From Leucoraja erinacea (lineage: Eukaryota), in assembly GCF_028641065.1 (NCBI RefSeq), contig NC_073377.1, positions 106,826,001 through 106,890,000 on the forward strand: DNA of 64,000 nucleotides. The letters run 5' to 3'. The position numbers were made by a program, and so were the translations under genes. This document shows positions 61,180 to 64,000 of this stretch, piece after piece; position 1 is the first letter of the stretch, and every line of letters begins with the position of its first letter. The notes beneath the pieces are model-generated. The model worked only from the letters and a program-made list of their open reading frames with translations. It searched no databases and was not told where the DNA came from.

Positions 61180-64000
61180 TCTATTTTACGTCAGAGTCAC
61201 GTGAGTGACTACGTGAAGAAGCCCCGTTCAGCCGCACGTGCGTCATTACGTCAGACGCATTGGTGCAGGCGACCGGTTGGGGCAGCAGTAGCTCCCCAGC
61301 CCGGTAAAGTTTAAACTTCAGGTAAGCTTGTTTTCTTACCCGTTTTATTCCTTATAGAGGCTGGGGTTCCTGGGTAGGGGAATCCAGTAGTTATGTGGCT
61401 TTCACACAGCATGGGGTCCCCAGGAAAGGGGTTAAACCGACCGGAACGGTCAGCCCTGGTGCCGGTGGGGGTTTTCCCTCCGGTAATATATATATATTCC
61501 CCCGGGAATCCTAGTATATATATATATATATATATATCCGGGGGAGGGGAAATCCACCAGCAATGTGGTGCCCAGACCGAAGAGGTCCCCAAGATATGGG
61601 GTAAACCGACCCAAGTGGTCAATCCTGGTGCCGGGAGGGTTCCCTTCCGGTAAAATGGAAAATGTGGAGATTGACCCTATTGAGAGGAGGCTCAAGCTAC
61701 ATACATCCTAACATCAGGAGTTGTGTCAGTGGGGGACTATGGGAAAGTCCGCACCAGCAGCAGGGCTGCTTAAAGGGGGTGCTAAGTCTATGGCAGTGTT
61801 GGGCAGATGAGAGAGTCCGTGCCAGCAGCATCTTGTAACAGGGCTGCATAATGGGGATGCTGAGTCTATGGCAGTGCCAGCCTATTGCTCTAGGCCACGC
61901 CGGCAGTGCCTTGTAATATGGCAGCAGCATCTGTAGAAGGGCTGCATGATGTCTCCCTCATGGAGCAGGTGAGCTTACCGGGGCATTTTCTGACCCTGAA
62001 GGGTGGGCCTGTTGGAGAGGCTGCACCAGCAGCGCCTTGTAATAGGGCTGCTTAATGTTTCCCTTATGGAAGAGGAAAACATGCCGGGTCAGTGTAAATT
62101 TGATGCTGAGGCTGAGGGTATAGCACGGAGCATACCTCAAGGGATGAAGGGCACATGTCCGAGGTACGATTCCTGGCAGCAAGGTTGCCATCCCAACACA
62201 ATGCAATGAACACCACTATCAGGGGACGTTAGAGCCACCCGCCGAATCTTCTATTCAGGTAAGACATATTCCACAGGCAAAACCTAAAGGACGAGGCATA
62301 AAGTGTTGGACCAATTAGGCCAATAATGAGTAAGGATTCATAGTTAGGGGAAAACGCACCCCACGGCTTCATTGGCAGGAAGCGGTTCACTGAAGCTGGT
62401 AGCAGCATTAAAGTGGACTAGAGTTACCCTACAACTAAGTGACCACGAACAAGTTGGTATGATTTACAATTGGTTGTGCAATACACAAATGACTGATACA
62501 TTGTCATCTACTCAGAGGCATTTTAACCAGGTAAACTGGACAATACTAGTATTCCAAGAAGGTTGGAATTTGGCCAGAAGAGTGTTGAGCCAGGTCCAGT
62601 ATTTTAGCCAGGTTCGAGACAGGCTCGGAGATATGGGGAATTGTCTTTCAAGGCAAGGTCAGAATTATGGCAAGAGTTGTCGTGGGACATGTGAGAATTA
62701 TCAGAACTGGGCCAAAGTTGCCGTTCAGGGCAGACTCGAAATGATGGCAGGTGTGGCCTGTTCATTATGAAAGAAAGGTGATCAAACTGATTTCATAGGG
62801 TTTTCCAGGTGCAATGATCATCAGAGATGTTTGAAGGCATTGTTATGATGAGGCAATTTTAACAGTAGGATAACAATAAATCATTCAAAGGACTACTTAG
62901 AATTCAAAAACACTTGTGATGTATTGTCTGGATTATATTTTGACGCTGTGTTTGGCTAAAATCCACTCAGTCTCAAGCTACTTGAGAAATTGTTCTCTCC
63001 TATCCAGTAAGTTATCAAATGGATGGTTGGCCTGTGACTCCGCCCTGGGCAACAGATTGGAGTCAATAGAAACCTGGAACAGCCTTGTTGTTATAAAGCA
63101 GTTTCTATTCATTAGACTAACTGGCAATGTAATAAATGTGATGCAGCTGTGCAAGTGGGAGAACTGACAGCATGCTTAATGGAAAACTATAAGCGTCATG
63201 AAGGTCATTTATAATACAACTTTGCTATTACCAGCTGAAGCTAATAAAGTCACTATGATAGACAAACAGTATTCAGCATTGCTCCAGTAGTTGATCAATA
63301 AATATGTCATTATATTGCAGAAAGATGCTATGGCTTAAGGTGGGAACATGCAAATGTCACCTCTAGTTGGAGGAGCAGGAGATTTGCAATGAGTTATTAA
63401 CTCTTCAGTATTGGTATCAACTATCTATAGACCCTAAGTGTATTTTATGGGAAAAGAGTGATTGAGTGAATATGCATAGGTGCATGCTCAACGTCATGTT
63501 GATACACTATGATGTGGCATATGATAAGCACAAGGGTGCAATCAGGTAAAAGATCCGGTAAAAGGTACATAATCTCTTTGCCACTGGAGTATCATTAAGT
63601 ACAGATCAATGACAACACAGAATGCGTGTTGGACCACACAGTATTTATGAAATTCTGATTTAATGTAATACCAAATATGGATATGTTGTTTTCATGCTAA
63701 TTCAAAGGTTGCAAAATGTGTGGCATAACAGTGGCGAAAGATACATTCTCGCTACAAGCATGAGGAATGGTCTTTTATGTCTTCCTCCAATTTGCTTTAT
63801 GTCGGGTCTTGAAATAGTCATCAAGAGTCGCTTTAGGTTCCAACTGTTGAATTGGCCTATGCAGTTTGATTCCCGATTTGTCGGGAATAATAATAATGCA
63901 ACCTTATATGGTTATTTTAAACGTAACTTGCTGGTTCAGCCTGTGGCTTGAGAGATCAGCCGTTGCATGATCAAATCAATATATGTTCTACAGATTCTCA
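61180..64000 (+). mobile_element. Second decayed DIRS1-type element in the opposite orientation, running off the window end
   Basis: Starts with AGTCACGTGAGTGACTACGTGAAGA (61195-61219), identical to 57297-57321 in the ICR, followed by ITR-core similarity. Remnants INDNTECVLD (~63607), DTFSL, PPICF and NWPMQ resemble DIRS RNase H end and MT motifs. Confidence 0.7.

Overview
Eukaryotic, repeat-dense (roughly half or more) intergenic or intronic DNA. The repeat set (HE1/V-SINE-type tRNA SINEs, CR1/HER1-type LINEs, Rex1/Babar, L2, Penelope-like elements, DIRS) points to a cartilaginous fish, probably a skate or ray; this is inferred from repeat content only. I see no intact host gene. The only host-derived coding sequence is an orphan, frameshifted TLR7-like fragment (49234-49818, - strand). 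The long ORFs are all retrotransposon ORF2 pieces. Most notable are two copies of a ~130-bp TSD-flanked, (AAG)n-tailed mini-retroposon (33755-33889 -, 36764-36892 +). Their 5' ends reconstruct to a minimal HDV-like self-cleaving ribozyme fold. Also notable are many Penelope termini with a hammerhead-like core that insert as short fold-back units, two divergently oriented DIRS elements, a CGGBP1-like hAT transposase remnant, a 1-kb DNA transposon with a 7-bp TSD, and a perfect 89-bp inverted duplication. All calls are by eye and no database searches were run. Boundaries of decayed repeats are approximate.
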